From: Bacteroidia bacterium
Lineage (GTDB): Bacteria; Bacteroidota; Bacteroidia; SpSt-205
Assembly (NCBI GenBank): GCA_025059535.1
Contig: JANXCX010000018.1
Location: forward strand, 66,014 to 130,013
Length of the DNA: 64,000 nucleotides
Direction: 5' to 3'
Shown: positions 45,353 to 54,339 of the stretch, piece by piece
How positions within the stretch are numbered: the first letter of the stretch is position 1
Layout: the number at the start of each line of letters is the position of its first letter
The notes under the pieces: generated by a model
The model's input: only the letters and a program-made list of their open reading frames with translations
Database searches by the model: none
Told to the model about the DNA's origin: nothing
Position numbers and translations under genes: made by a program

Positions 45353-46848
45353 TTCAGGGTTCGGTCTATCTCAAGGTAAGGTAGGGGATCGGGGGTAATC
45401 CAGTAATGCCACTGCGCCGGCTGAAAGGTGAGGCTTTCGCTGAGCTTTTGAACCCAAGCGATAGGGTCCTCGGTAAAAGCGTGGATATTTAGGGTGCGTT
45501 CCTGAAGGGCGTCAGGGGGTTCTACGGCTGAGCGATAGGCCAGGATTTCTTGAATGGCTTTGGCCTTTTGGGCATAGGTAGCGCGGAGGGCAGCTTGCTG
45601 GAGCTTTTCGCCCCATTTTTGCCAGAAGCGTTCCAATAGGCGTAGGGTATGGCGAAGGAAAGGCTGACCTTGTAGGGTCTCAAGGGGTGGGCGGTGCTGG
45701 CGCCACCAGGCCATAAGCCGCTCTATCTCCTCGCTGCCCCAAGCCTCGGCAAGGGCCCGCCGCAGATGGGAGAAAGGCACCTGCCACAATTCCTTCAGCG
45801 TCCAGCCAGGCGGCAGCTCAAGGGCGGCCATCGGTAGCACGCGTAAATGCCCGCGCGGATAAATCAGCGGCGACGGCACGCCAAAGGCCGAAAAGGTTGG
45901 CATAAGCTCTATCCAATAAGCTATCTCGGCTGGCCCAGCTAAGTAGGCTAAATTGGGAAGAAGGTATTCTTGATAGAGGGGCCGCAGGAGCACATTTGGG
46001 CTGAGGCGGTGTGGTTCCGTATGCACCGCACGGCGCACAAGGGGCTCCTCCTCGGGTGTAGGATAGCGGCGCTCGGTCTCCGAAAGCCAGAAAAGATTTA
46101 TGGTTCGTGCGGCCAGCATAGGTTTCTCCCCTATGCGACGCAAGTAGGCACAGGCCAGACGGTGGCTGTGTAAGGTGAGCCGCTCCTCCACCTCACGCAC
46201 CCAAAGGGAAGCTGCAAGGGCCTTAAGCTCAGGGTCATCGCCCGAAAGAAGAAGAATTCGCCCTTCAAAAAGCGCATAAAAAGCGGAGCGGAAAGCCATT
46301 TCCCAGCACAGGCCAGGCTGCCAGAAGCGCTGAAGCGCAAGGGATTGAGCTGCTTCAGGAAAGGCCGCCTCAATTATATGCCGACCTACGGGGCCTTGAA
46401 AGCGGCCAGCATAGCGCAGGCGCTGCGTCCAGCTAAGGGCTATTTCCCTCACTTCCGCCGCATCGTGATCTTCCGACGCAAGCCAGAAAATAGGTACAAT
46501 CCGGTAGCGTCTCTCAAAGCTAGCCTCTACCTCTCGGGCTAATTGCCATGTATGAAGCGCTTTGATGATGGTATAAAGCGGGCCTGTAAGCCACCCCAAC
46601 TGCTGGCCCGTGGTGATAGTGAAGGTAGTAGGTTGATGCAAAGCCTCTAAAAGCTCTCGTAAAGCCGGATAGGTCGCTAAAAAGGGGGCATTTTGCCGCT
46701 TTAGCGCCGCTACAAGACGGGCACGGTCATAAGGAAAGGCCGCTTTACGGCGGCGGACGGCCTCCCAAGACGCAGTAGCATAATGCTCCACCAAAAGCCC
46801 ACTCAGAGCCGGATCGCCTGCCACATAGCGCGCCCACAACCTACGCAC
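45346..46848 (-). CDS. bshC: Bacillithiol biosynthesis cysteine-adding enzyme BshC
   Basis: Signature TGQQLGWLTGPLYTIIKALH...IVPIFWLASEDHD matches the BshC/UPF0747 family. Confidence 0.8.
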   Translation of the reverse strand: MRRLWARYVAGDPALSGLLVEHYATASWEAVRRRKAAFPYDRARLVAALKRQNAPFLATYPALRELLEALHQPTTFTITTGQQLGWLTGPLYTIIKALHTWQLAREVEASFERRYRIVPIFWLASEDHDAAEVREIALSWTQRLRYAGRFQGPVGRHIIEAAFPEAAQSLALQRFWQPGLCWEMAFRSAFYALFEGRILLLSGDDPELKALAASLWVREVEERLTLHSHRLACAYLRRIGEKPMLAARTINLFWLSETERRYPTPEEEPLVRRAVHTEPHRLSPNVLLRPLYQEYLLPNLAYLAGPAEIAYWIELMPTFSAFGVPSPLIYPRGHLRVLPMAALELPPGWTLKELWQVPFSHLRRALAEAWGSEEIERLMAWWRQHRPPLETLQGQPFLRHTLRLLERFWQKWGEKLQQAALRATYAQKAKAIQEILAYRSAVEPPDALQERTLNIHAFTEDPIAWVQKLSESLTFQPAQWHYWITPDPLPYLEIDRTLNQ

Positions 46849-47929
46849 GCCCCCGATTCTGCCAGCGATAAAGCAGCTCGTCTAAAATCCAGAGCCCACC
46901 AATTGTAAGGGTGGCGCCGGTCAAAGAGAGCCAGGGATTCATGATGAAAACCCCCGCCAGTACTCCCAAAAGGGCACCCAAATTTTGTATAAACTCCAGA
47001 TGTTCGCTGGTGGTGTAGAGGAAAAGCCGCTCCAGCTGCCTCTCGTCAAAGGCGCTTAGCTGGTTGTAAATAATCGGATGAATAGGCAAAGCCGTGATGA
47101 CTGCCCGCAAAATGTCGGTGAGAAGGGATTCCAGCTCTTCGGTTTGGGACAAGATGGCGCGATGGATTTCCTCTTCGGGCGGTATTGTAAGCCGCATGGC
47201 CTCTTCAAAGGCCTCAGGGAGGGAGAGTATGGTACGCGCCAGTACTTCTTTGTAGCCTTTTTCGTTGAGCTGGCGGTAGGAGCGAAAGAGGCTGCCCGCA
47301 ATCCCTGCTGGCGCTACCTGAAGCAGTCGCATGTCCAATACATGGACAAGCTTTTTTTGCTGCACAGGGTCCTGCACGATTTGCGTCAAGACTTGCTTGC
47401 CTCGGCGAATAACCTCCTCGCGGAACTCTGGGTCCTTGAGAAGGCTGGAAGTACCCTCCGTAAGGGCTAAGGCAAGGCGCTGCGCTACACCAGCTTCGTG
47501 AAGCACCCGATGTAGCACTTCTTCATTCAGGATATAGCGCGTGATGGCCTCGGCGAAGCGCTCTACGATTCGTCCCTTGTAGGCAGGGACTAAACCCTGG
47601 CCCCAGATAGGCCGCGGCTTACGGGGGTGAAAAAGCATCTTAATCGCGAGCCAGTTTGTGCCATACCCGACTAAGCCCGTCACAGCAAGTACATACGCCG
47701 TTTCGTACCACTCCTCATAGGCGGCGGGGAGAAACCCCCAGTACTTATGAGAAAGGCAAATTACCACTACTCCGCCTAAGAAGTGGGGCGCGTACCGAAG
47801 GAGACGGGCCATAATTTTATAGCGCCGACGAAGGGGGGGCACCGGCGCTGGAGGTGGAAGATTGGGAAGGGATAGGACCTCGTCTAAATGAAAGTGGCGC
47901 GAAATGTAGCGGTCAAATAGCCACCGCAC
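46841..47929 (-). CDS. DUF445-family membrane protein
   Basis: YGTNWLAIKMLFHPRKP motif and a terminal TM segment, typical of DUF445 (YheB-like) proteins. Confidence 0.7.
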   Translation of the reverse strand: MRWLFDRYISRHFHLDEVLSLPNLPPPAPVPPLRRRYKIMARLLRYAPHFLGGVVVICLSHKYWGFLPAAYEEWYETAYVLAVTGLVGYGTNWLAIKMLFHPRKPRPIWGQGLVPAYKGRIVERFAEAITRYILNEEVLHRVLHEAGVAQRLALALTEGTSSLLKDPEFREEVIRRGKQVLTQIVQDPVQQKKLVHVLDMRLLQVAPAGIAGSLFRSYRQLNEKGYKEVLARTILSLPEAFEEAMRLTIPPEEEIHRAILSQTEELESLLTDILRAVITALPIHPIIYNQLSAFDERQLERLFLYTTSEHLEFIQNLGALLGVLAGVFIMNPWLSLTGATLTIGGLWILDELLYRWQNRGRA

Positions 47930-47933
47930 TCAG

Positions 47934-47941
47934 CAAAAGTA
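47934..47941 (-). promoter_or_regulatory. -7 promoter box TACTTTTG
   Basis: Exact TAnnTTTG on the minus strand, 4 nt upstream of GTG 47929. Confidence 0.5.
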
Positions 47942-47948
47942 GGCACTT

Positions 47949-49139
47949 TTGCATGTGCAGGCACGCAGGGCAGCCGAAGCGCTCCTACCCAAGCTGATCG
48001 CGTGGCGGCGCCACTTTCACCAGAATCCTGAGCTTTCGTTTGAGGAGTATGAAACCCAGCGATTCATTTTAGAGCGGCTGAGGGAGTGGGGCATTCCCGC
48101 TTCGGTGTGCGGCGGCACAGGCGTAGTAGCGGAGCTGTGTACGGCGCCTCACGGCCCTTGGATAGCCCTACGCGCCGATATGGATGCCCTACCCCTGACC
48201 GAGGTCTCAGATAGGCCCTATGCTTCGCGGCGAGCCGGCGTAATGCACGCCTGTGGTCATGATGCCCACATGGCGATTCTTTTAGGGACAGCTTACCTTT
48301 TGAAGGAATGGGCCGAAAACTGGCAGGGGGGAGTTCGGCTTATTTTTCAGCCTGGGGAGGAGCGTGCCCCAGGCGGGGCTAGCCAGTTGATTGCGGAAGG
48401 GGTACTCAAAGAAAGACCGCTGCGGGCGTTATGGGGCCTCCATGTTACCCCCCAGCTTCCAGTGGGCCAGATAGGCCTAAGGCCCGGCCCCTTTATGGCG
48501 GCTAGCGATGAGGTAGAGATTCGGCTGCGCAGCCGAGGCGGGCATGGCGCCTATCCTCACCTAACCCCCGATGTCGTGGTCCTGGGCGCTCACCTCCTTA
48601 CCCAGCTTCAGCTTGTAGTGAGTCGAGCCGCTGACCCTCGCACGCCTACCGTACTTACCTTCGGTATTTTTCGGGCAGGTACAGCGCCTAATATTCTACC
48701 TACAGAGGCCTATCTCCATGGGACGCTCCGCACTTTTGAGGAGAGCTGGCGCACGGAGGCCAAGTCCCGCATCCGAGAGATTACGCAGCACCTGGCCGCC
48801 GCCTGGCAAATAGCCGCAGAGGTAAAGTTTGCCCCTGGCTACCCTGTCCTAATCAACGACCCCGAGCTTACCCGACTTACCCACCAGTGGAGCGCTGACC
48901 TTCTCGGCCCAGCCAATGTGGTGGAGATGCCGCTCTGGCTTAGCTCGGAAGATTTCGCTTTTTACGGGAAGCATGTGCCTACCTGCTTTATTCGGTTAGG
49001 CACTGCCGGCGCTAATCCCGCCACTCATCTACCCGTACATACCCCTGCTTTTGACATCGCCGAAGAGGCTCTTGCGATAGGTACCGCCCTTTTCACCCAT
49101 CTGGCGCAAGAGGCTTTGCGCCATTTCGCTTCGCTCTAA
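47949..49139 (+). CDS. M20-family amidohydrolase (N-acyl-amino-acid amidohydrolase / hippurate hydrolase-like)
   Basis: Motifs HQNPELSFEE, HACGHDAH and FQPGEE. Start uncertain: TTG 47949 or GTG 47955, with a near-match box CACTTTTG at 47944-47951. Confidence 0.85.
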   Translation: MHVQARRAAEALLPKLIAWRRHFHQNPELSFEEYETQRFILERLREWGIPASVCGGTGVVAELCTAPHGPWIALRADMDALPLTEVSDRPYASRRAGVMHACGHDAHMAILLGTAYLLKEWAENWQGGVRLIFQPGEERAPGGASQLIAEGVLKERPLRALWGLHVTPQLPVGQIGLRPGPFMAASDEVEIRLRSRGGHGAYPHLTPDVVVLGAHLLTQLQLVVSRAADPRTPTVLTFGIFRAGTAPNILPTEAYLHGTLRTFEESWRTEAKSRIREITQHLAAAWQIAAEVKFAPGYPVLINDPELTRLTHQWSADLLGPANVVEMPLWLSSEDFAFYGKHVPTCFIRLGTAGANPATHLPVHTPAFDIAEEALAIGTALFTHLAQEALRHFASL

Positions 49140-49915
49140 GCAGGGAAAATTCCATAGAGGCTGCTCCCACTGCCATTCATACTGGCATAAATCGCCCCTG
49201 CCGCATACAGCTCCATTTTCCAGCACAAAAGCGTCGGATAAATTTGGAAGCTCACCAGCTCTAGGTCGTTGCGCAATTGATGGCGCCATTCCGAAATCGG
49301 CTGTCGCAAAATTGGCTCAATAGGTATTCGGCTCCACTGCGTGGGGCGGAGCGCCCGATAGATGTGCTTAGTAGAACAAGGCACAGGTGGCGTAAGAACA
49401 AAGACCTGATACCCCTCTAACGAAAGCTCAAAAGGCTCCAGTACCGTGCCTGTATCTTTAGCCAGCATAGGGCGGTTATAGAGGAAAAATGGCACGTCAC
49501 TGCCTATTCGGGCTGCTACCTTGTGAAGGAATTCCAAAGTAAGAGGCGGCTCTACAAGCTCGCTTAGGATTCGCAGAAAAGTACCGGCATTGCTGGAGCC
49601 ACCGCCAAGCCCAGCACTAATCGGAATCCGCTTGTGAATCCACACCTCCAGAGCTGGCAGGGGGGATGCTAGCTGCTGAGCCAAAACTTTATAGGTGGTA
49701 TAGAGATAATTTTCGTCGGACTCTGGTATGTAAAGGCCAGTCGTACGCAGCTCCAGCCGATTTTTGCCCGGTAAGACCTTCACTTCTATGTCGTCATAAA
49801 GGTAAGGGTACGGATAAATAAGGGTTTCTAGAATATGGTAGCCTTCGGGCCAGCGCCCAAGAATATGTAGGCCAAGGTTTAGCTTAGCCGGACTGGGCTT
49901 ATGATAGCGTTTCAT
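49136..49915 (-). CDS. ispE: 4-(cytidine 5'-diphospho)-2-C-methyl-D-erythritol kinase
   Basis: PAKLNLGLHILGR N-terminus and GHMP kinase motif PISAGLGGGSSNAG. Confidence 0.9.
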   Translation of the reverse strand: MKRYHKPSPAKLNLGLHILGRWPEGYHILETLIYPYPYLYDDIEVKVLPGKNRLELRTTGLYIPESDENYLYTTYKVLAQQLASPLPALEVWIHKRIPISAGLGGGSSNAGTFLRILSELVEPPLTLEFLHKVAARIGSDVPFFLYNRPMLAKDTGTVLEPFELSLEGYQVFVLTPPVPCSTKHIYRALRPTQWSRIPIEPILRQPISEWRHQLRNDLELVSFQIYPTLLCWKMELYAAGAIYASMNGSGSSLYGIFPA

Positions 49916-50841
49916 GGGAGTCGCTGACGCTTGAGTAGATAACGGTAAAGGGGGGTAAAGAAATCCTGACGCATATCCACCGGGATAAGGTCTATTTGGT
50001 GAGCGGTGCAGAATTTATACAGCTGGCGCTCCCACCGCTGGAAGTGCTCTAAATAAAGAGCCTGAATTTCTAAGGTATGGATATGAGTCTTGCGCCGTGT
50101 CTCTAAGTCTATGAGCTGAAGGGGTTGGAGGGGAAGCTGAAAGTATTTCTCCGTAAGCTCGTCCCATATGCGAAAGAAGAGTACCTCATGCTTTTGGGCG
50201 TTGAGGTGGGCTAAGGCGCGGGTGAAGGCTTCTTCTTCGCCGGGTTCTACAAAGCCATCGCTCATAAGTAGGATAAGGCTTCGGCGCCGTAGCTTTTCGG
50301 CTATCCGATGGAGTGTCTGGGACAGGGCAGAGCGGCGGGGGCGCGGCGGGGCCCCTCGGAAAGGCTCTAAAGCCGCAAAAAGCTGGCGCACCCACGTGCG
50401 CCGCGCACGCGCTGGCAAAAAAGTATGAAGGCCCTCATCAAAAGCATACAGCCCCACGGCATCCCGCTGCTGAATAAGAAGATAAGCCAGTGCCGCACTC
50501 AAAAATAGCGCATAATCCAATTTGGTATAAGGTCCGCTTGTCGGATAGCCCATAGAACCGCTGGTATCTAAAAGAAGATAGGCCTGCAGGTTTGTCTCTT
50601 CCTCGTAGCGACGCACATAAAGCCGTTCAATCCGACCATACACGCGCCAGTCAATCCGATCAGGGCTATCTCCTGGTTGATAGCTGCGATAATCGGAAAA
50701 TTCTACCGAAAAACCTTGAAAAGGACTACGGTGCAGACCTACTAAAAACCCCTCCACGATGCGGCGGGCAATAAGCTCCAAATTAGCCAGCTTGGCGGCT
50801 TCAGCGGGAGAAATCATAAGTCTTCCAGATTTTCTCCCCAA
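49912..50841 (-). CDS. DUF58 domain protein (vWA-like, usually MoxR-associated)
   Basis: Signature FSDYRSYQPGDSPDRIDWRVYGRIERLYVRRYEEE followed by a vWA-like LLDTSGSM. Confidence 0.8.
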   Translation of the reverse strand: MGRKSGRLMISPAEAAKLANLELIARRIVEGFLVGLHRSPFQGFSVEFSDYRSYQPGDSPDRIDWRVYGRIERLYVRRYEEETNLQAYLLLDTSGSMGYPTSGPYTKLDYALFLSAALAYLLIQQRDAVGLYAFDEGLHTFLPARARRTWVRQLFAALEPFRGAPPRPRRSALSQTLHRIAEKLRRRSLILLMSDGFVEPGEEEAFTRALAHLNAQKHEVLFFRIWDELTEKYFQLPLQPLQLIDLETRRKTHIHTLEIQALYLEHFQRWERQLYKFCTAHQIDLIPVDMRQDFFTPLYRYLLKRQRLP

Positions 50842-51467
50842 TCCGAATCAAGGTCAAGCTCTTCCTCAATTGCTTCAGGAACTCCCTCAATCTCTCCTAG
50901 AGGTTCTTCTAAAAGGGGATCCTCCTCAGGAGAGTGGGGTAAGGCTTCGGGGACGAGGACAGAATCCAGCGAAGGCTCTGGCAATTCCAGCAAATCCAAA
51001 TGCTTTTCACTCTCTAAACCCTCTGTTTCAGGGGTGAGCAGCTTCTGAAGTGCTAGCTGTTCGCTCCGCTTTTTGAGGGCTTGAACGGAAGGATAAGCGG
51101 AGTTAGTGATATAGAGCCGGCCTCGGGCCAAAACAAGGCGGGGGTTCTTAGAGGGCATGGCAAAAAGGTAGTAAATTCCTGGCTGAGATAATCTAATTGA
51201 ACCTTTATAGGTAGTAGGGTGGCTGGCTTTTCGTGCAAGCGGGCTTATAACCTTTCGAACTTCTAGACTCTTCGCTACAAGCCAAAGGGTGTCCCAAGCA
51301 AGCCCTTGTTTTCCCGTAAGTTCCACAGCTATGATCAGTGGCGGCTTATCTAAACGAAAGACCGTATCACTCTGCATCAGCTTGCCGTCGGTGGAAAAGC
51401 CGCGTCCAAATCGCAACTGGGCCTGCACTGGAAGGAGGAGGCACAGCCAATAGGCCTGACGTCCCAT
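50814..51467 (-). CDS. Hypothetical secreted protein with an acidic C-terminal tail
   Basis: Start set at ATG 51467 (MGRQAYWLCLLLPVQA|Q), downstream of a promoter box. The C-terminal roughly 60 aa are very acidic (EEDPLLEEPLGEIEG...DLDSDWGENLEDL). Confidence 0.4.
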   Translation of the reverse strand: MGRQAYWLCLLLPVQAQLRFGRGFSTDGKLMQSDTVFRLDKPPLIIAVELTGKQGLAWDTLWLVAKSLEVRKVISPLARKASHPTTYKGSIRLSQPGIYYLFAMPSKNPRLVLARGRLYITNSAYPSVQALKKRSEQLALQKLLTPETEGLESEKHLDLLELPEPSLDSVLVPEALPHSPEEDPLLEEPLGEIEGVPEAIEEELDLDSDWGENLEDL

Positions 51468-51483
51468 AGGCAATCGCTTTTCC

Positions 51484-51491
51484 CAAAGATA
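51484..51491 (-). promoter_or_regulatory. -7 promoter box TATCTTTG
   Basis: Exact TAnnTTTG on the minus strand, 16 nt upstream of ATG 51467, in the lgt-hypothetical gap. Confidence 0.45.
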
Positions 51492-51496
51492 ACGCC

Positions 51497-52276
51497 CTAC
51501 TTCTTGCGAAGGAGTAAGTATATCCCCACCGCGAAAAAGGGCACGCTCAGAAGCTGGCCCATATTCCACCCCAGCCCTAGGGAGAAGGCTTCTTGGGGTT
51601 CTTTGACCCACTCAATAGCCCAGCGTCCTCCAAATACCCATGAAAGAAAAAGGCCTAAAGGACGACCAACGGGCCAATGTCTATAAAAGCCTCGCCTATA
51701 CAGATAAAGAAGAAGACCAAAAAGCCCAAAATACCATAGGGCTTCATAAAGTTGAGTGGGATGGCGTGGATGCGGGTCTACGCGCGCAAATATGAAAGCC
51801 CAGGCTACGGTGGTAATCTTACCATAGATTTCTGAATTGAAGAGATTGCCCAAGCGTATGAGGGTAGCGGCCAAGGCCGTAGGAATAGCCAGTCGATCCG
51901 CTAGCCATACAAAAGGCTGATCGGATCGGCGCCGCGTATATAAATAGAGTGCCAAAAAAACCCCTAAAGTGCCCCCATGACTAGCCAAGCCGCCCTCCCA
52001 TATGGCGAGAATTTTTTCGGGATTTTCCAAGTAGTAGGCCGGCTCGTAGAATAAGCAGTGACCCAACCGAGCGCCTACTACTGTGCCAATTAGGAGATAC
52101 CAAAGAAGGGTATCTAAATCCCGCTTTGGCTTACCTTCACGCGCGTATATCCATTGCATCAAATAAAAACCTATCAAAAACCCAGAGGCAAATAGAATGC
52201 CATACCAGCGCAGTTGGAATGGGCCTATGGTGAAAATCTCCGGGGCGACTTCCCATTGAATATAGGCCAGATTCAT
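51497..52276 (-). CDS. lgt: Prolipoprotein diacylglyceryl transferase
   Basis: Lgt motifs RWYGILFASGF, GGLASHGG and HPTQLYEA. Confidence 0.92.
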   Translation of the reverse strand: MNLAYIQWEVAPEIFTIGPFQLRWYGILFASGFLIGFYLMQWIYAREGKPKRDLDTLLWYLLIGTVVGARLGHCLFYEPAYYLENPEKILAIWEGGLASHGGTLGVFLALYLYTRRRSDQPFVWLADRLAIPTALAATLIRLGNLFNSEIYGKITTVAWAFIFARVDPHPRHPTQLYEALWYFGLFGLLLYLYRRGFYRHWPVGRPLGLFLSWVFGGRWAIEWVKEPQEAFSLGLGWNMGQLLSVPFFAVGIYLLLRKK

Positions 52277-53109
52277 AGGGAATTTAGGTAGTGCAAAATA
52301 TCTTCAAAAACCTTTTCCCGAAAGGTCTCGTGGAGCGGCTCGTGATAGCTATCAGGGTAGGTAAGAAGGGCCTTTTTAGGGGCTGGTAAGTGGTTGAAGA
52401 ATCGTTTTGTAGCTTCGCTATCACAGACTGGATCTGCCTCTGGCACAAGGAAGAAATAGGCGCCTTCGTTAAGAAGGGGAAGGTCGCGCCAGAGCTCCGT
52501 CTGGGCGCGCTGGACTGCCGCAAACCAGCCCGCCGTAGCAATTCGGAAAACCAGTGGGTCGGAAGCGTAGGCCTGCGCCTCCGCTGGATCATGGGTGAGC
52601 GCCTCGGGCTTGAGGCCCGAAGGCAGACTCAGGGTAGGGAAAAATTGCGCCGCTACACGTCCTAGGAGTTTTTTCCATGATGGCACAGCCATCTTCAATT
52701 GGATAAGGGGGGCACTGAGAATTGTAGCCGCAGGTGTCCAGATTTCGCGGTAACGCTGCCTGTACCGTAAAGCCACAAGGCCGCCGAGCGAATGCCCAGC
52801 TAATACGACGGGCGTAGGCATCTGCGTGCGCCAATAGGTCCAGACCGCTGTAAGGTCATAAAGGTATTCGTTTATATCGGTGGCAAATCCCCGCCTGCCG
52901 GTAGATTTGCCGTGGCCGCGCAGGTCCCAGCAGAGGCTACCCCAGCCAGCCTTAGCTAAGAAACGGGCTATGGCTTCGTAGCGGCCGCTATGCTCTGCAT
53001 ACCCATGAATCCAAACTACACTGCCTTTGGGCGTAGTACTGGGCGGATACCAGCTGGTGTAGAGCCCTTCACCTTGGTAGCCCGCTACAGTATGGGCGTA
53101 AAACTCCAT
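52273..53109 (-). CDS. Alpha/beta hydrolase (lysophospholipase / monoacylglycerol lipase-like)
   Basis: HGYAEHSGRY oxyanion region, nucleophile elbow GHSLGG, and C-terminal D/H (YHEPLHE). Confidence 0.8.
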   Translation of the reverse strand: MEFYAHTVAGYQGEGLYTSWYPPSTTPKGSVVWIHGYAEHSGRYEAIARFLAKAGWGSLCWDLRGHGKSTGRRGFATDINEYLYDLTAVWTYWRTQMPTPVVLAGHSLGGLVALRYRQRYREIWTPAATILSAPLIQLKMAVPSWKKLLGRVAAQFFPTLSLPSGLKPEALTHDPAEAQAYASDPLVFRIATAGWFAAVQRAQTELWRDLPLLNEGAYFFLVPEADPVCDSEATKRFFNHLPAPKKALLTYPDSYHEPLHETFREKVFEDILHYLNSL

Positions 53110-53113
53110 GGGG

Positions 53114-53121
53114 CAAAGGTA
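53114..53121 (-). promoter_or_regulatory. -7 promoter box TACCTTTG
   Basis: Exact TAnnTTTG on the minus strand, 4 nt upstream of ATG 53109, inside an 18-nt intergenic gap. Confidence 0.5.
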
Positions 53122-53127
53122 GTACGC

Positions 53128-54339
53128 TCATTCGTAGCGGAGGGCTTCTACGGGCTGGAGGCGTGCCGCTTCGTGCGCCGGCTGCAGGCCCGCTAGCACC
53201 CCTACTAGCACACTCACTCCCACGGCCAGCCCTATCCACCGCCAGGGTAGCACCGCCTCCGCCCCTATAAGAAGCGCAATCCCATTTCCCGCCAAAACCC
53301 CCATCCCAATTCCTATGGCCCCCCCCAGCACAGCAATTACTACCGCTTCGGAAAGAAACTGCCAGTAAATAGCCCGACGCGTAGCCCCTACCGCCATGCG
53401 TAGCCCAATCTCCGCCGTACGCTCTTTCACAATCACCAGAAGCACATTCATGAGACTTAGTATAGCACCCAGCAGAGTTATACTTGAGACGCCTACCGTA
53501 ACCGCTGTTATAGTTCTAACCTGTTCAGCTAAAAAGTTCAGTAAGAGCTCGGCATATATGACGGCGAAGCTATCCTCTTTTTTGGGGTGCAGGCGGCGGA
53601 TTTGTCGCAGGAGGCGGCGGGCTTCCTTCATGGCGGGCTGTATGTGGTCGAGGGTAGGCGCCTGTACAGCCAGCAGAATTTCCTGCCTACTACTGCGGCC
53701 TTCTACGGTTCGGCAAGGCACATAACAGTGCCAGTCGCGCGTTTGGCCGAAAGCCCCTCCCTCACGTTCCAATACCCCCACTACTAGGTAGGCCTGCGAG
53801 CCTACTTGAATCCAGCGGCCCACCGCCGACCCATGCGGAAAAAGCTGCCGAGCCAGCGAATGTCCAATTATAGCTACCGGTTTACCCAGTTGAAGTTCTA
53901 AGGGGGCAAAATAACGGCCCTCCACCACCCTAAGGCCCTGCATGGTCAAATAGGCGCCATCTAGGCCTTGCAGCCGAACCTTAGGCGGGGTGTGCCGACG
54001 ACCAAAAACCGCTCTAAAGGCTCCGAATACCTCTATCAGCCGCGCCGCTTGCGCCCCCGGATAGCGATAGGAGGCCACAAATTCCTTCGCTTCGTGGGGC
54101 TTCAAGCCAGCTCCTCGCGAAAGCACGCGGCGTGCGCTACCTATCTGCATGCCTACCTCACCACCTTGAATAAAGAATACCCTAGGATTACCAAAAGTTG
54201 TCTTCACAATGAATCCCTTGAGGGCTTCAAGTACCGTAAAAATCCCCACCAGCGCGACTATGCCAAATACCAGAATGCTCAGCGTGAGAATAGCTCGCAC
54301 GCGATATTCCCAAAGCGCCTTCAGGGCTTCTTTAATCAC
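53128..54339 (-). CDS. ABC transporter permease, MacB/FtsX-like
   Basis: N-terminal TM, MacB-like periplasmic domain and a C-terminal FtsX bundle. 4-nt overlap with the purD stop. Confidence 0.75.
   Translation of the reverse strand: MIKEALKALWEYRVRAILTLSILVFGIVALVGIFTVLEALKGFIVKTTFGNPRVFFIQGGEVGMQIGSARRVLSRGAGLKPHEAKEFVASYRYPGAQAARLIEVFGAFRAVFGRRHTPPKVRLQGLDGAYLTMQGLRVVEGRYFAPLELQLGKPVAIIGHSLARQLFPHGSAVGRWIQVGSQAYLVVGVLEREGGAFGQTRDWHCYVPCRTVEGRSSRQEILLAVQAPTLDHIQPAMKEARRLLRQIRRLHPKKEDSFAVIYAELLLNFLAEQVRTITAVTVGVSSITLLGAILSLMNVLLVIVKERTAEIGLRMAVGATRRAIYWQFLSEAVVIAVLGGAIGIGMGVLAGNGIALLIGAEAVLPWRWIGLAVGVSVLVGVLAGLQPAHEAARLQPVEALRYE

Noticed and set aside
51468-51611. 48-codon N-terminal extension of the 265-aa track ORF overlapping lgt
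   Set aside because: A signal-peptide-like start (MGRQAYWLCLLL...) at ATG 51467 lies downstream of an exact promoter box in the lgt-proximal gap. The extension overlaps the lgt 3' end.
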